Shown: positions 23,979 through 31,732 of the stretch, one piece after another | How positions within the stretch are numbered: the first letter of the stretch is position 1 | Layout of the letters: every line of letters starts with the position of its first letter | Assembly (NCBI GenBank): GCA_035465135.1 | Contig: DATHRO010000085.1 | Coordinates: forward strand, 1-34,582 | Length of the DNA stretch: 34,582 bases | DNA from: Candidatus Deferrimicrobiaceae bacterium | GTDB lineage: Bacteria > Chloroflexota > Limnocylindria > Limnocylindrales > CSP1-4 | Direction of reading: 5' to 3' | Notes under the pieces: model-generated | Told to the model about the DNA's origin: nothing | What the model saw: the letters and a program-made list of their open reading frames with translations, nothing else | Database searches by the model: none | Translations under genes and position numbers: made by a program

Positions 23979-25130
23979 ATGAAGATCGGAGTCGCCAGGG
24001 AGACGGCTCCCGGCGAGCGGCGCGTCGCGCTGGTCCCCGACGCGCTCGGCAAGCTCACCGCGGCCGGCCTCGAGGTGCTCGTGGAGACCGGCGCCGGGGT
24101 GGGCGCGCTGATCCCCGACGGACAGTACGAGGCGGCCGGGGCGAAGGTCGTGGACGTCAAGACCCTGTACGCCGAATCGGACCTCATCGTCCGGGTCCAG
24201 AAGCCAAGCGGCGACGAGGTCAAGAAGCTGCGGTCTGGGCAGGCGCTCGTCGGGCTGCTCCAGCCGCTGCTCGACCCCGGCCTGATGGCCGACCTCGCCA
24301 AGGCCGGCGTCACCGCGATCAGCCTCGACGCGATCCCCCGCACCCTGTCGCGGGCGCAGTCGATGGACGTCCTGTCGTCGCAGGCCAACGTCGGCGGCTA
24401 CAAGGCCGTCGTGATGGCCGCCGAGGCGTTCGGTCGGTACTTCCCGCTCCTCACGACGGCCGCCGGAACGGCCAAGCCGGCCAACGTCCTGATCCTGGGC
24501 ATCGGCGTCGCCGGCCTCCAGGCCATCGGGACCGCTCGCCGCCTCGGCGCCGTCGTGAAGGCGTACGACGTGCGGCCCGAGACGAAGGAGCAGGCCGAGT
24601 CCCTCGGCGCCCAGTTCGTGAAGCTCAAGACCCAGATCGATGCGACGGGCGCCGGCGGGTACGCGCGCGAGCTGACGCCCGAGGAGCGGGCCGCCCAGCA
24701 AGCCGAGCTCAACGAGGTCATCGGGACGATGGACGTCGTGATCACCACGGCCCAGGTTCCGGGCCGCAAGCCGCCGGTCCTCGTGACCGCCGATGCCGTG
24801 GCCAAGATGAAGCCCGGATCGGTCATCCTCGACATGGCAGCGTCCGCCCTCGGCGGCAACTGCGAGCTGTCGAAGGCTGGCGAGACGGTCGTGACCGACA
24901 ACCTCGTGACGATCCTCGCGCCGGAGAACCTGCCGGCCACGATGCCGGTCGGCGCCTCGCAGTTCTACGCCCGCAACCTGTCGGCCCTGCTGCTCCAGCT
25001 GCTGAAGGATGGCGCGCTGGACCTCGACCCGGAGGACGAGATCGCCGGGCCGGTCACGATCACCCACGGCGGCGAGATCCGATCCGACGCCGTCAAGAAG
25101 CTGCTCGACCCGGCCGGAGGTGCCGCGTGA
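23979..25130 (+). CDS. pntAA: NAD(P) transhydrogenase subunit alpha part 1 (dI, NAD(H)-binding)
   Basis: Motifs seen: MKIGVARETAPGERRVALVP, DAIPRTLSRAQSMDVLSSQANVGGYKAV and VLILGIGVAGLQAIGTARRLGA. Confidence 0.9.
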   Translation: MKIGVARETAPGERRVALVPDALGKLTAAGLEVLVETGAGVGALIPDGQYEAAGAKVVDVKTLYAESDLIVRVQKPSGDEVKKLRSGQALVGLLQPLLDPGLMADLAKAGVTAISLDAIPRTLSRAQSMDVLSSQANVGGYKAVVMAAEAFGRYFPLLTTAAGTAKPANVLILGIGVAGLQAIGTARRLGAVVKAYDVRPETKEQAESLGAQFVKLKTQIDATGAGGYARELTPEERAAQQAELNEVIGTMDVVITTAQVPGRKPPVLVTADAVAKMKPGSVILDMAASALGGNCELSKAGETVVTDNLVTILAPENLPATMPVGASQFYARNLSALLLQLLKDGALDLDPEDEIAGPVTITHGGEIRSDAVKKLLDPAGGAA

Positions 25131-25459
25131 CGGATCCGCTCCTCACCAACTTCATCATCTTCGTGCTCGCGATCCTCTGCGGGTTCGCCGTGATCTCGAA
25201 GGTCCCGGCGACCCTGCACACGCCGCTCATGTCGGGCGCCAACTCGATCCACGGCATCGTCCTCGTCGGCTCGATGGTCATCGCCGCGGCGGCCCATGAC
25301 CCGCTCAGCTACGCGATCGCCTTCGTGGCGGTGGCGTTCTCGGCGATGAACGTCGTCGGCGGCTACGTCGTGACCGACCGGATGCTCCAGATGTTCCGCA
25401 AGAAGGCCCCGCCGGCGCCGCCACCGTCCGACGCGGTCGCCGAGCGGGCGGAGGGCTAG
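25127..25459 (+). CDS. pntAB: NAD(P) transhydrogenase subunit alpha part 2 (membrane dII-alpha)
   Basis: The GTG start overlaps the pntAA stop (GTGA at 25127-25130). Motifs seen: LTNFIIFVLAILCGFAVISKVPATLHTPLMSGANSIHGIV and NVVGGYVVTDRML. Confidence 0.85.
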   Translation: MTDPLLTNFIIFVLAILCGFAVISKVPATLHTPLMSGANSIHGIVLVGSMVIAAAAHDPLSYAIAFVAVAFSAMNVVGGYVVTDRMLQMFRKKAPPAPPPSDAVAERAEG

Positions 25460-25464
25460 GCCGC

Positions 25465-26892
25465 GTGGACGCCTTCGACGTGCTCGTTCGCCTTGCCTGG
25501 CTGGCCGGGGCGGCCACCTTCGTCATCGGCCTGATGCGGATGAACTCGCCGGCCACCGCCCGCAACGGCAACCTGCTGTCGGCGGCCGGCATGGCCCTCG
25601 CGATCGGCGCGACCGGGGTCCTGCTGCTCCGGGGCGAGGAGGGCATCTCGCCGGCCGACGGCGTCGCCTGGCTCCTGATCGCGGGCGGTATCGCCGTCGG
25701 CGGCGGGCTGGGCCTGTGGATGGCCCGCACGGTTGCGATGACCGCGATGCCGCAGCTCGTGTCGCTGTTCAACGCCGTCGGTGGTGGGGCCGCCGCCCTG
25801 ATCGGCATCGACGAGTACATCCGGCTCGTCAACTCGCCCGAGGCGGCGCCGCTCACGACGACGGTCTTCGTCGTCCTCGACATCGTCATCGGCAGCGTCA
25901 CCTTCAGCGGCTCGCTCATCGCGTCCGGAAAGCTGATGGGCCTGTCGATCACGCCCTCGCGGCCGGTCATGATCCCCGGCGGCCAGCTGGTCACGATCGG
26001 GCTGGCGGCGATCGTCGTCGTCTCGGCCGGCTACCTGTTCTTCGTCGAGGACAGCCTGGCCGTGCTGTTCGTCATCCTCGCAACCTCGCTCGTCTTCGGG
26101 GTGACGATGACGCTCCCGATCGGGGGTGCCGACATGCCGGTCGTCATCAGCCTCCTGAACTCGTTCACCGGGACCGCGGTGGCGATGGCCGGCTTCGTCA
26201 TCGACAACGTCGTGCTCATCATCGCCGGCGCGCTCGTCGGCGCCTCGGGCGCGATCCTGACGAAGCTCATGGCCGACGCCATGAACCGCTCGGTCATGAA
26301 CATCATGGTCGGCGGCTTCGGCGGCGGCGAGGGCACGGTCGGCGGCGGCGGCCCGGAGGGCGGCAGCGTCCGCTCGATCGGCGTCGACGACGCCGCGATC
26401 CAGCTGGCCTACGCCTCGTCGGTGATCATCGTGCCCGGCTACGGCCTCGCGGTCGCGCAGGCCCAGCATGCGGTCCGCGAGCTGGCCGACCTGCTCGAGG
26501 AGCGAGGCGTCACCGTCAACTACGCGATCCACCCGGTCGCCGGCCGGATGCCGGGCCACATGAACGTCCTGCTCGCCGAGGCCAACGTCCCCTACCCGCA
26601 GCTGCGCGAGATGGAAGACATCAACCCGGAGTTCGACCGGGCCGACGTGGCCCTCGTCGTCGGCGCCAACGACGTCACCAACCCGGCCGCCCGCCGCTCC
26701 GGGAACCCCGTGTCGGGGATGCCGATCCTCGACGTCGACCACGCCAAGTCGATCGTCGTCATCAAACGCTCGATGGGGCGCGGCTATGCCGGGATCGACA
26801 ACGAGCTGTACGTCAACCCCAAGACGGGCATGCTGTTCGCCGACGCGAAGCAGGGCCTCGCCGACCTGGTGGCCGCCGTCAAGGCCGTCTGA
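25465..26892 (+). CDS. pntB: NAD(P) transhydrogenase subunit beta (dII-beta + dIII, NADP(H)-binding)
   Basis: Motifs seen: MPQLVSLFN..GG.AA, VPGYGLAVAQAQH, YAIHPVAGRMPGHMNVLLAEANVPY and VVGANDV.NPAA. Confidence 0.9.
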   Translation: MDAFDVLVRLAWLAGAATFVIGLMRMNSPATARNGNLLSAAGMALAIGATGVLLLRGEEGISPADGVAWLLIAGGIAVGGGLGLWMARTVAMTAMPQLVSLFNAVGGGAAALIGIDEYIRLVNSPEAAPLTTTVFVVLDIVIGSVTFSGSLIASGKLMGLSITPSRPVMIPGGQLVTIGLAAIVVVSAGYLFFVEDSLAVLFVILATSLVFGVTMTLPIGGADMPVVISLLNSFTGTAVAMAGFVIDNVVLIIAGALVGASGAILTKLMADAMNRSVMNIMVGGFGGGEGTVGGGGPEGGSVRSIGVDDAAIQLAYASSVIIVPGYGLAVAQAQHAVRELADLLEERGVTVNYAIHPVAGRMPGHMNVLLAEANVPYPQLREMEDINPEFDRADVALVVGANDVTNPAARRSGNPVSGMPILDVDHAKSIVVIKRSMGRGYAGIDNELYVNPKTGMLFADAKQGLADLVAAVKAV

Positions 26893-26964
26893 CCGTCTGC
26901 GCCCCGCGCGGCGCTCGCCGCGGCCGCCCGGAACCGCCGAGCCGGGTCGCGCGTCGGAGCGAGC

Positions 26965-27846
26965 GTGAACGCCACCGTTGCCCGTGCGCTGCTCGCCCTC
27001 GCCCTCGCGACCGCGACCCTGGTCGCGTGTTCCGGCGCCGGACCGTCGCCGTCGCCGAGCCCTGAGCCGACGCCCGAGTCCGGCGTCCTGCTGCGCGTCA
27101 CCAGGTTCCAGGCGCTGCCGCCGGCCGCGACGTTCAGCTGGACGCCGTCGATCGTCGTCACCCTGGACGGTCGGGTCCTCGTCGGTGGCGCCGTTCCGGC
27201 GATCTACCCGGGCCCGATCCTGGCGCCGATCGTCGAGCGCCAGCTGAGCCCGGCTGGCTGGGGGGCGATCGTGGCCGAGGCTCGCCAGGCCGGCCTGCTG
27301 TCCGGGGCCCGCGACTTCACCGACGGCGGGGTTCCGCCGGGTGGCGTGACCGCCCGCCTCCAGATCGCGGCCGACGGTCGGGTCCATGACCTGATCGGCG
27401 ACCCATCGCGAGTCATGATGTGCATCACGGCCCCGTGCGATCCGCCGCCCGGCACGCCGGAGGCGTTCGCCGGCTTCCTCGTGCGGCTCGCGGACCTGGC
27501 ATCGTGGCTGCCCGGTGCGCTCGGGCCTGAACGGCAGTACGTTCCGGCTGGATTCGCCATGCTCATCGGCCAACCGCCGGCCGAGGAGCCGGGGCTCAGC
27601 GGGCCGCCGGTCGCGTGGCCGCTCGCCGCCGGGTTCGCCGAGCTGGGCAAGCCGCTCACGGATGGCTCCGGCGGCCGCTGCGCCACGGTGACCGGTGCGG
27701 ACGCGGCCGCTGTCTGGCCGGCGCTCCGGGCCGCGACGACGCTAACGCGTTGGGTGGATCCCGTCGACGGAACGCTGCACGGCCTGGTCGTGCGGCCCGT
27801 GCTGCCCGGCGACGACGACGCCTGCGCCGGGTTGGCAGCGGGCTGA
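26965..27846 (+). CDS. Lipoprotein of unknown function
   Basis: GTG start. Signal peptide with a canonical lipobox ATLVAC|SG, followed by a PSPSPSPEPTPE linker. I recognise no family motifs. GC3 is high. Confidence 0.55.
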   Translation: MNATVARALLALALATATLVACSGAGPSPSPSPEPTPESGVLLRVTRFQALPPAATFSWTPSIVVTLDGRVLVGGAVPAIYPGPILAPIVERQLSPAGWGAIVAEARQAGLLSGARDFTDGGVPPGGVTARLQIAADGRVHDLIGDPSRVMMCITAPCDPPPGTPEAFAGFLVRLADLASWLPGALGPERQYVPAGFAMLIGQPPAEEPGLSGPPVAWPLAAGFAELGKPLTDGSGGRCATVTGADAAAVWPALRAATTLTRWVDPVDGTLHGLVVRPVLPGDDDACAGLAAG

Positions 27847-27865
27847 ACCGGCGCGCGACTGGGCG

Positions 27866-28366
27866 CTATTCGGACGGGCCGGGGTCGGAGACGTCCGCCA
27901 CGTCGGCCCGGAGCACCCGGACGAGGTCGTCGGGCGCGGCGTGGATGTTGACGCCGCGGATCCCGCCGCCGATCGAGACGAGCGGCTGCTCGAGCATCGA
28001 GGCGTCGGCGATGACCGGCCATGGTCGGGTCGAGCCGAACGGCGTGATCGCGTAGCGCGGGTAGCCCGTCACGGCCTGGGCCGCGTCGGCATCCGGCAGC
28101 GACAGGCGGGTCACGCCGAGGTGCGCCCGGAGCTTCGGCCAGTCAAAGCGCCGGCCGGCCGGAACGAGGACGAACACGAAGTCGTCGGCGCCCCGTCGGA
28201 CGACGATCGTGCGCAGCAGGGCCGCGACCGGGATGCCCTGCCATTCGGCGCTCTCCTCGGCGCTCGAGGCCGGCGCGGTGCGGACGACGCGGTGGTCGAA
28301 GCCCATCGCGGCTGCGGCGCGGAGCGCCGGCGTGTCGGGCGGTTCGGACGCGGGCTTGGCTGCCAT
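27866..28366 (-). CDS. YbaK/EbsC-type aminoacyl-tRNA trans-editing domain protein
   Basis: Layout typical of YbaK/ProX deacylases: LLRTIVVRRGADDFVFVLVPAGRRFDWPKLRAHLG...DADAAQAVTGY.....TPFG...PWPVIADASM......VSIGGG. I rejected the 200-aa upstream extension of the track ORF. Confidence 0.75.
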   Translation of the reverse strand: MAAKPASEPPDTPALRAAAAMGFDHRVVRTAPASSAEESAEWQGIPVAALLRTIVVRRGADDFVFVLVPAGRRFDWPKLRAHLGVTRLSLPDADAAQAVTGYPRYAITPFGSTRPWPVIADASMLEQPLVSIGGGIRGVNIHAAPDDLVRVLRADVADVSDPGPSE

Positions 28367-28516
28367 CGCGGCCCACTGTAGCGGGGCCGTGCGCACCACC
28401 GCGAAGGGACCGAATGGCCCGCCGCGCTCGGGCCGTGCGGGCCTCGTGCCACCCACCAGCCGAGCCAACACTGGCCACGTCGGCCCAGCCGTCGGCCCGC
28501 GCCAGAGAAGGGACCG

Positions 28517-30271
28517 TTGGACGATCAGTCGGATCTCCGCGACCTGCGCCGCCTGAAGCGGATCGGCATCATCGCGCCGATCGTGTTCCTCGCGGCCTTC
28601 GAGCTGTGCCGCGTCGCCCTGATCGACACCTCGTTCGAGGCGCCGCACTCGAACCTGATCGCGGCCGGCCTGGGGGTGACGGCGGCGCTCGCATTCGGGC
28701 TCGCCGTCTTCGTGTACCTCGAGCGGGCGCAGCAGAGCGTGATCCGGCGCAACCGGGACCTTGCCTACGTCGACGGCGTCGCGAGCGCGATCCAGGGCGA
28801 CATCGACGTCGACGGCGTCGTGCGCCACGCGCTCGAGGCGATCGTTCGCTTGACCGGTGCCAGCGAGGCCCGGGCGACGATTCAGCCGCTCGACGCCGAC
28901 GCCGGCCCGGCCCACGAGGTCGTGGTGGCCGACCCGGCTGGCGGCGGTGACGCGCTGGCCGTCCCGGATCACCTCGTTGACCTGCCACTTTCGACCAGCG
29001 CCGCACCGATCGGCTGCGTCAGCATCCGGATCCCGTCATCGAAGATTGCGACCCTGCCGAGCTCGGAGGCGCTGTCGACGGCCGCCCACCAGATGGCGGC
29101 CGCGGTCCAGATCGCCCTGCTCGTGAGCGACATGCAGCGCCGCAAGACCGAAGGCCACACGCTCTACCAGGTGCTCCTGCAGATCTCGAACCACGTCCCC
29201 GTGACCGAGACGCTGGGTGCGATCGTCGCGGGTGCTCGCGAGCGCCTGGACGCGGACGAGGGGCGCCTGTGCCTGACGCCGACGACGCTGGCGGCGTTCG
29301 ACGCCGACGCCGAGCTCTCCGCGGAACTCGAGGACGGCCTCAGCTGTGGCGCCCCGGTCGAGGGCGAGCGGCCACCGCCGAACGCGCCCGCCCGCCACCA
29401 TCGCTGCCCGATCGGAGACGAGTCAGGCTATGGGGCGACGCTCAAGGCCGCGATCTGGGCGCCCGGCGAGCTGCTCGGCGAGCTGTGGATCGCGAGGGCG
29501 CGGGAGGAGCCGTTCTCGGAGCGCGACCGCCGCTATCTCGTCACGCTCGCCGGGATCGCCGCGATCGCGATCAGCGGCGCTCGTCTCCGGGAGCGGGATC
29601 GGCAGTCCGCGATCCTCGCCGAGCGCGACCGGATTGCCCGCGAGCTGCACGACAGCCTGGCCCAGGTCCTGGGCAGCACCCACCTCCGGCTGCGGACCCT
29701 CCTGGCTCGGCCGGAGGTCGCCGAGCGTGGACGCATCAGCGGCGAGCTGGAGGACCTCGCGACCGTCAACGAGGAGGCCTACCACGACGTCCGTGAGGCG
29801 ATCCTCGGGCTTCGCGAAGCCAGCCGAACGCAGGGCCTCATCGAGGCGCTGGGCGCCTACGTCGACAAGTACGCCCAGCAGTCCGGGTTGCCCGTCGAGC
29901 TCGAATCGACGATCGACGGCGAACCGGCCCTCTCGGCGGCCAGCGAGATCCAGGTCATCCGGGTCATCCAGGAAGCACTGACCAACGTCCGCAAGCACGC
30001 CCGGGCGACGAAGGCGTGCGTCCGGATCGCGTCGGCCGAGCCGGGCACGATGACGATCGTCGTCGAGGACGACGGTCGCGGCTTCGACCCGTCAGCGGCA
30101 CCGAGCCACCGTGACGGCGGCTACGGTCTCCAGACGATGCGCGAGCGCATGCAGCTCGCCGGCGGCAGCCTCCGGATCGACTCTCGGCCGGGCCAGGGGA
30201 CGCGGGTCATCGCGGTCGTCCCCGACGGCTCGCGGCCGCGCGGCAACCGCCTCGTGGCAGCACCGAACTGA
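28517..30271 (+). CDS. Sensor histidine kinase: 2 TM, GAF-like region(s), HisKA_3, HATPase_c
   Basis: TTG start follows GAGAAGGGA. TM segments IGIIAPIVFLAAFELCRVALI and LIAAGLGVTAALAFGLAVFVYL are separated by a ~10-aa loop. H-box RIARELHDSLAQVL. ATPase motifs NVRKHA, DDGRGF and GYGLQTMRERMQLAGG. Confidence 0.8.
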   Translation: MDDQSDLRDLRRLKRIGIIAPIVFLAAFELCRVALIDTSFEAPHSNLIAAGLGVTAALAFGLAVFVYLERAQQSVIRRNRDLAYVDGVASAIQGDIDVDGVVRHALEAIVRLTGASEARATIQPLDADAGPAHEVVVADPAGGGDALAVPDHLVDLPLSTSAAPIGCVSIRIPSSKIATLPSSEALSTAAHQMAAAVQIALLVSDMQRRKTEGHTLYQVLLQISNHVPVTETLGAIVAGARERLDADEGRLCLTPTTLAAFDADAELSAELEDGLSCGAPVEGERPPPNAPARHHRCPIGDESGYGATLKAAIWAPGELLGELWIARAREEPFSERDRRYLVTLAGIAAIAISGARLRERDRQSAILAERDRIARELHDSLAQVLGSTHLRLRTLLARPEVAERGRISGELEDLATVNEEAYHDVREAILGLREASRTQGLIEALGAYVDKYAQQSGLPVELESTIDGEPALSAASEIQVIRVIQEALTNVRKHARATKACVRIASAEPGTMTIVVEDDGRGFDPSAAPSHRDGGYGLQTMRERMQLAGGSLRIDSRPGQGTRVIAVVPDGSRPRGNRLVAAPN

Positions 30272-30272
30272 G

Positions 30273-30965
30273 ATGCACGAGACCGCCCAGCCCGAGATCC
30301 GGATCCTGCTGGTCGACGACCAGCCGCTGTTCCGGCGGGCGATCGCGACCCTCGTCGGCGACCAGCCGGGCCTCGTCGTCGTCGGCGAGGCCGACAACGG
30401 CGTGCAGGGCCTCGAGATGGCCCGTGCCCTGAAGCCTGACGTCGTGCTGCTCGATGTCGAGATGCCGGTCATGAACGGGGTCGAGGCGACGCGCCGGATC
30501 CGCGACGAGGTCCCGGCTGCGAAGATCGTGATCCTGACCGTGTCGGAGGCAGACGACCATCTGTTCGACGCGATCCGCTTCGGCGCCCATGGCTATCTGC
30601 TGAAGAACCTCCGGCCCGAGCAGCTGTACGAGTTGATCCGGGCCGTGATGCGCGACGAGACCGTCCTCTCGCCGGCGATCGCTGGCCGGCTGTTGCGCGA
30701 GTTCCGGGAGCATCCCGAGGGCCGTCGCGTGTCCACCCCGAGCGCACCGGAGCCGAGCCTCACCGCGCGCGAGATCCAGATCATGCAGCTCGTCGCCGAC
30801 GGTCTCAGCAACAAGGAGATTGGCGTTCGCCTCTCGATCACGGAAGGCACGGTCAAGAACCACGTCCACAACGCCCTCGAGAAGCTGCAGCTCGAGAACC
30901 GCATCCAGGCGGCGGCGTACGTGGTTCGGCACGGCCTCGGACTGCGCGTCGGAACAGAAGGCTGA
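30273..30965 (+). CDS. NarL/LuxR-family response regulator (REC + HTH_LuxR)
   Basis: The ATG lies 1 nt after the kinase stop. Motifs seen: IRILLVDDQPLFRRAI, PDVVLLDVEMPVMNG, KIVILTVSE and LTAREIQIMQLVADGLSNKEIGVRLSITEGTVKNHVHNALEKL. Confidence 0.9.
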   Translation: MHETAQPEIRILLVDDQPLFRRAIATLVGDQPGLVVVGEADNGVQGLEMARALKPDVVLLDVEMPVMNGVEATRRIRDEVPAAKIVILTVSEADDHLFDAIRFGAHGYLLKNLRPEQLYELIRAVMRDETVLSPAIAGRLLREFREHPEGRRVSTPSAPEPSLTAREIQIMQLVADGLSNKEIGVRLSITEGTVKNHVHNALEKLQLENRIQAAAYVVRHGLGLRVGTEG

Positions 30966-31023
30966 GCCCGGCCGACGCGCGGCCCTCATGGCGGGTCGAT
31001 CCCCCGTCCGGTACAGCATTCCG

Positions 31024-31078
31024 CCGCCTGCCTGTGCCCTCCAGCGGATTTACGCGAGATCGGCAGGCGGCTAGTTTT
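31024..31078 (+). terminator. Candidate terminator or structured spacer after the response-regulator gene
   Basis: CCGCCTGCC (31024-31032) pairs perfectly with GGCAGGCGG (31062-31070), followed by CTAGTTTTC. The 29-nt loop is large for an intrinsic terminator. Confidence 0.3.
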
Positions 31079-31108
31079 CGCTGCGACGTCCACCACTGGA
31101 GGCGGTCG

Positions 31109-31513
31109 GTGCCAGGCGATTCCCAACGGGTCGTGATCCTGTACGCCCATCCGCTGCTGGGCGAGGGGCTCGCGCGGATGCTCGGCGAGGACCCTCGCCT
31201 CGTCGTGACGGCTGTCCACGTCGAGGACCTCGAGTCCGCCAAGGCGGTGCTCCGCGACGCACCCGACGTCGTGGTGGTGGAACGGGCCGCTTCGATGCAC
31301 GCCATCGACCTCCTGGCGCTCGCCCCGTCCGCGCTGCTCATCGACGTCGGGCTGGACGCCGGACCGAGCTGGGCGTACCACCGCGACGAGATCTCCCCGC
31401 AGCCGGACGAGATCCTGCACACCATCCGGCGCTGCACGGCCGCGGGGAACCCGTCGGTCGTCCGTCGCCGCCGGCCGGGTCAACCCCACCGAACTGCCCC
31501 GGCGCCTTCCTGA
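31109..31513 (+). CDS. Stand-alone degenerate receiver-like (pseudo-REC) protein
   Basis: GTG 31109 lies 7 nt after GGAGG. VVILYAHPLLGEGLARMLGEDPRLVVTAV....ESAKAVLRDAPDVVVVERAA mirrors the REC layout of the neighbouring regulator (ILLVDDQPLFRRAI...PDVVLLDVEMP). The acidic pair is YA and the phospho-acceptor position is Glu. GC3 is high, and there is no output domain. Confidence 0.45.
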   Translation: MPGDSQRVVILYAHPLLGEGLARMLGEDPRLVVTAVHVEDLESAKAVLRDAPDVVVVERAASMHAIDLLALAPSALLIDVGLDAGPSWAYHRDEISPQPDEILHTIRRCTAAGNPSVVRRRRPGQPHRTAPAPS

Positions 31514-31584
31514 CCGCACCAGCGGCGGCCGATTCCTTATCCGAGCGATAGAGGAGCGCGTCCATCGGCGCGTCGCGCTCGCTG

Positions 31585-31602
31585 TACCCGTTTTCTACCC
31601 CC
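31585..31602 (+). promoter_or_regulatory. Two direct TACCC-type heptamers one helical turn apart (TACCCGT-N4-TACCCCC); candidate NarL-family binding site
   Basis: The motifs start at 31585 and 31596 (11 nt start-to-start), about 135-148 nt upstream of the TPR gene ATG. Each differs at one position from the E. coli NarL heptamer consensus TACYYMT. Confidence 0.3.
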
Positions 31603-31651
31603 CGGCGGATGGGAAGTCCGCGCCGCACCCGTCACGATCAACGGTGGACGG

Positions 31652-31693
31652 CTCCGCCCCGGGGCTCTCTTCCCTTCTCGCCCCGGGACGGGG
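31652..31693 (+). promoter_or_regulatory. Leader hairpin whose pyrimidine loop carries an anti-SD sequence complementary to the TPR-gene ribosome-binding site
   Basis: The core stem is CCCGGGGC (31658-31665) paired with GCCCCGGG (31680-31687). It is extendable to 31652/31693 with one mismatch. The loop is UCUCUUCCCUUCUC. CCUUCUCG (31673-31680) is the exact complement of CGAGAAGG (31719-31726), which is the SD of the ATG at 31733. Confidence 0.4.
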
Positions 31694-31732
31694 TCCGCCC
31701 ACGCAACTCGAACCAGCACGAGAAGGAAACGT

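Noticed and set aside
28403-28950. The 10-nt repeat GAAGGGACCG occurs at 28403-28412 and 28507-28516. Each copy sits just before a start codon (ATG 28414 of a 178-aa ORF and TTG 28517 of the kinase).
   Set aside because: The 28414 ORF translates to Arg-rich nonsense out of frame with the kinase. The repeat is probably a chance duplication of an SD-like purine run, and I could not attach a function to it.
28367-28972. Upstream 200-aa extension of the YbaK-like ORF (368-aa version).
   Set aside because: The extension has no family motifs, is Arg/Asp/Gly-rich and overlaps the start of the GAF kinase gene on the other strand. The YbaK domain is complete from ATG 28366.
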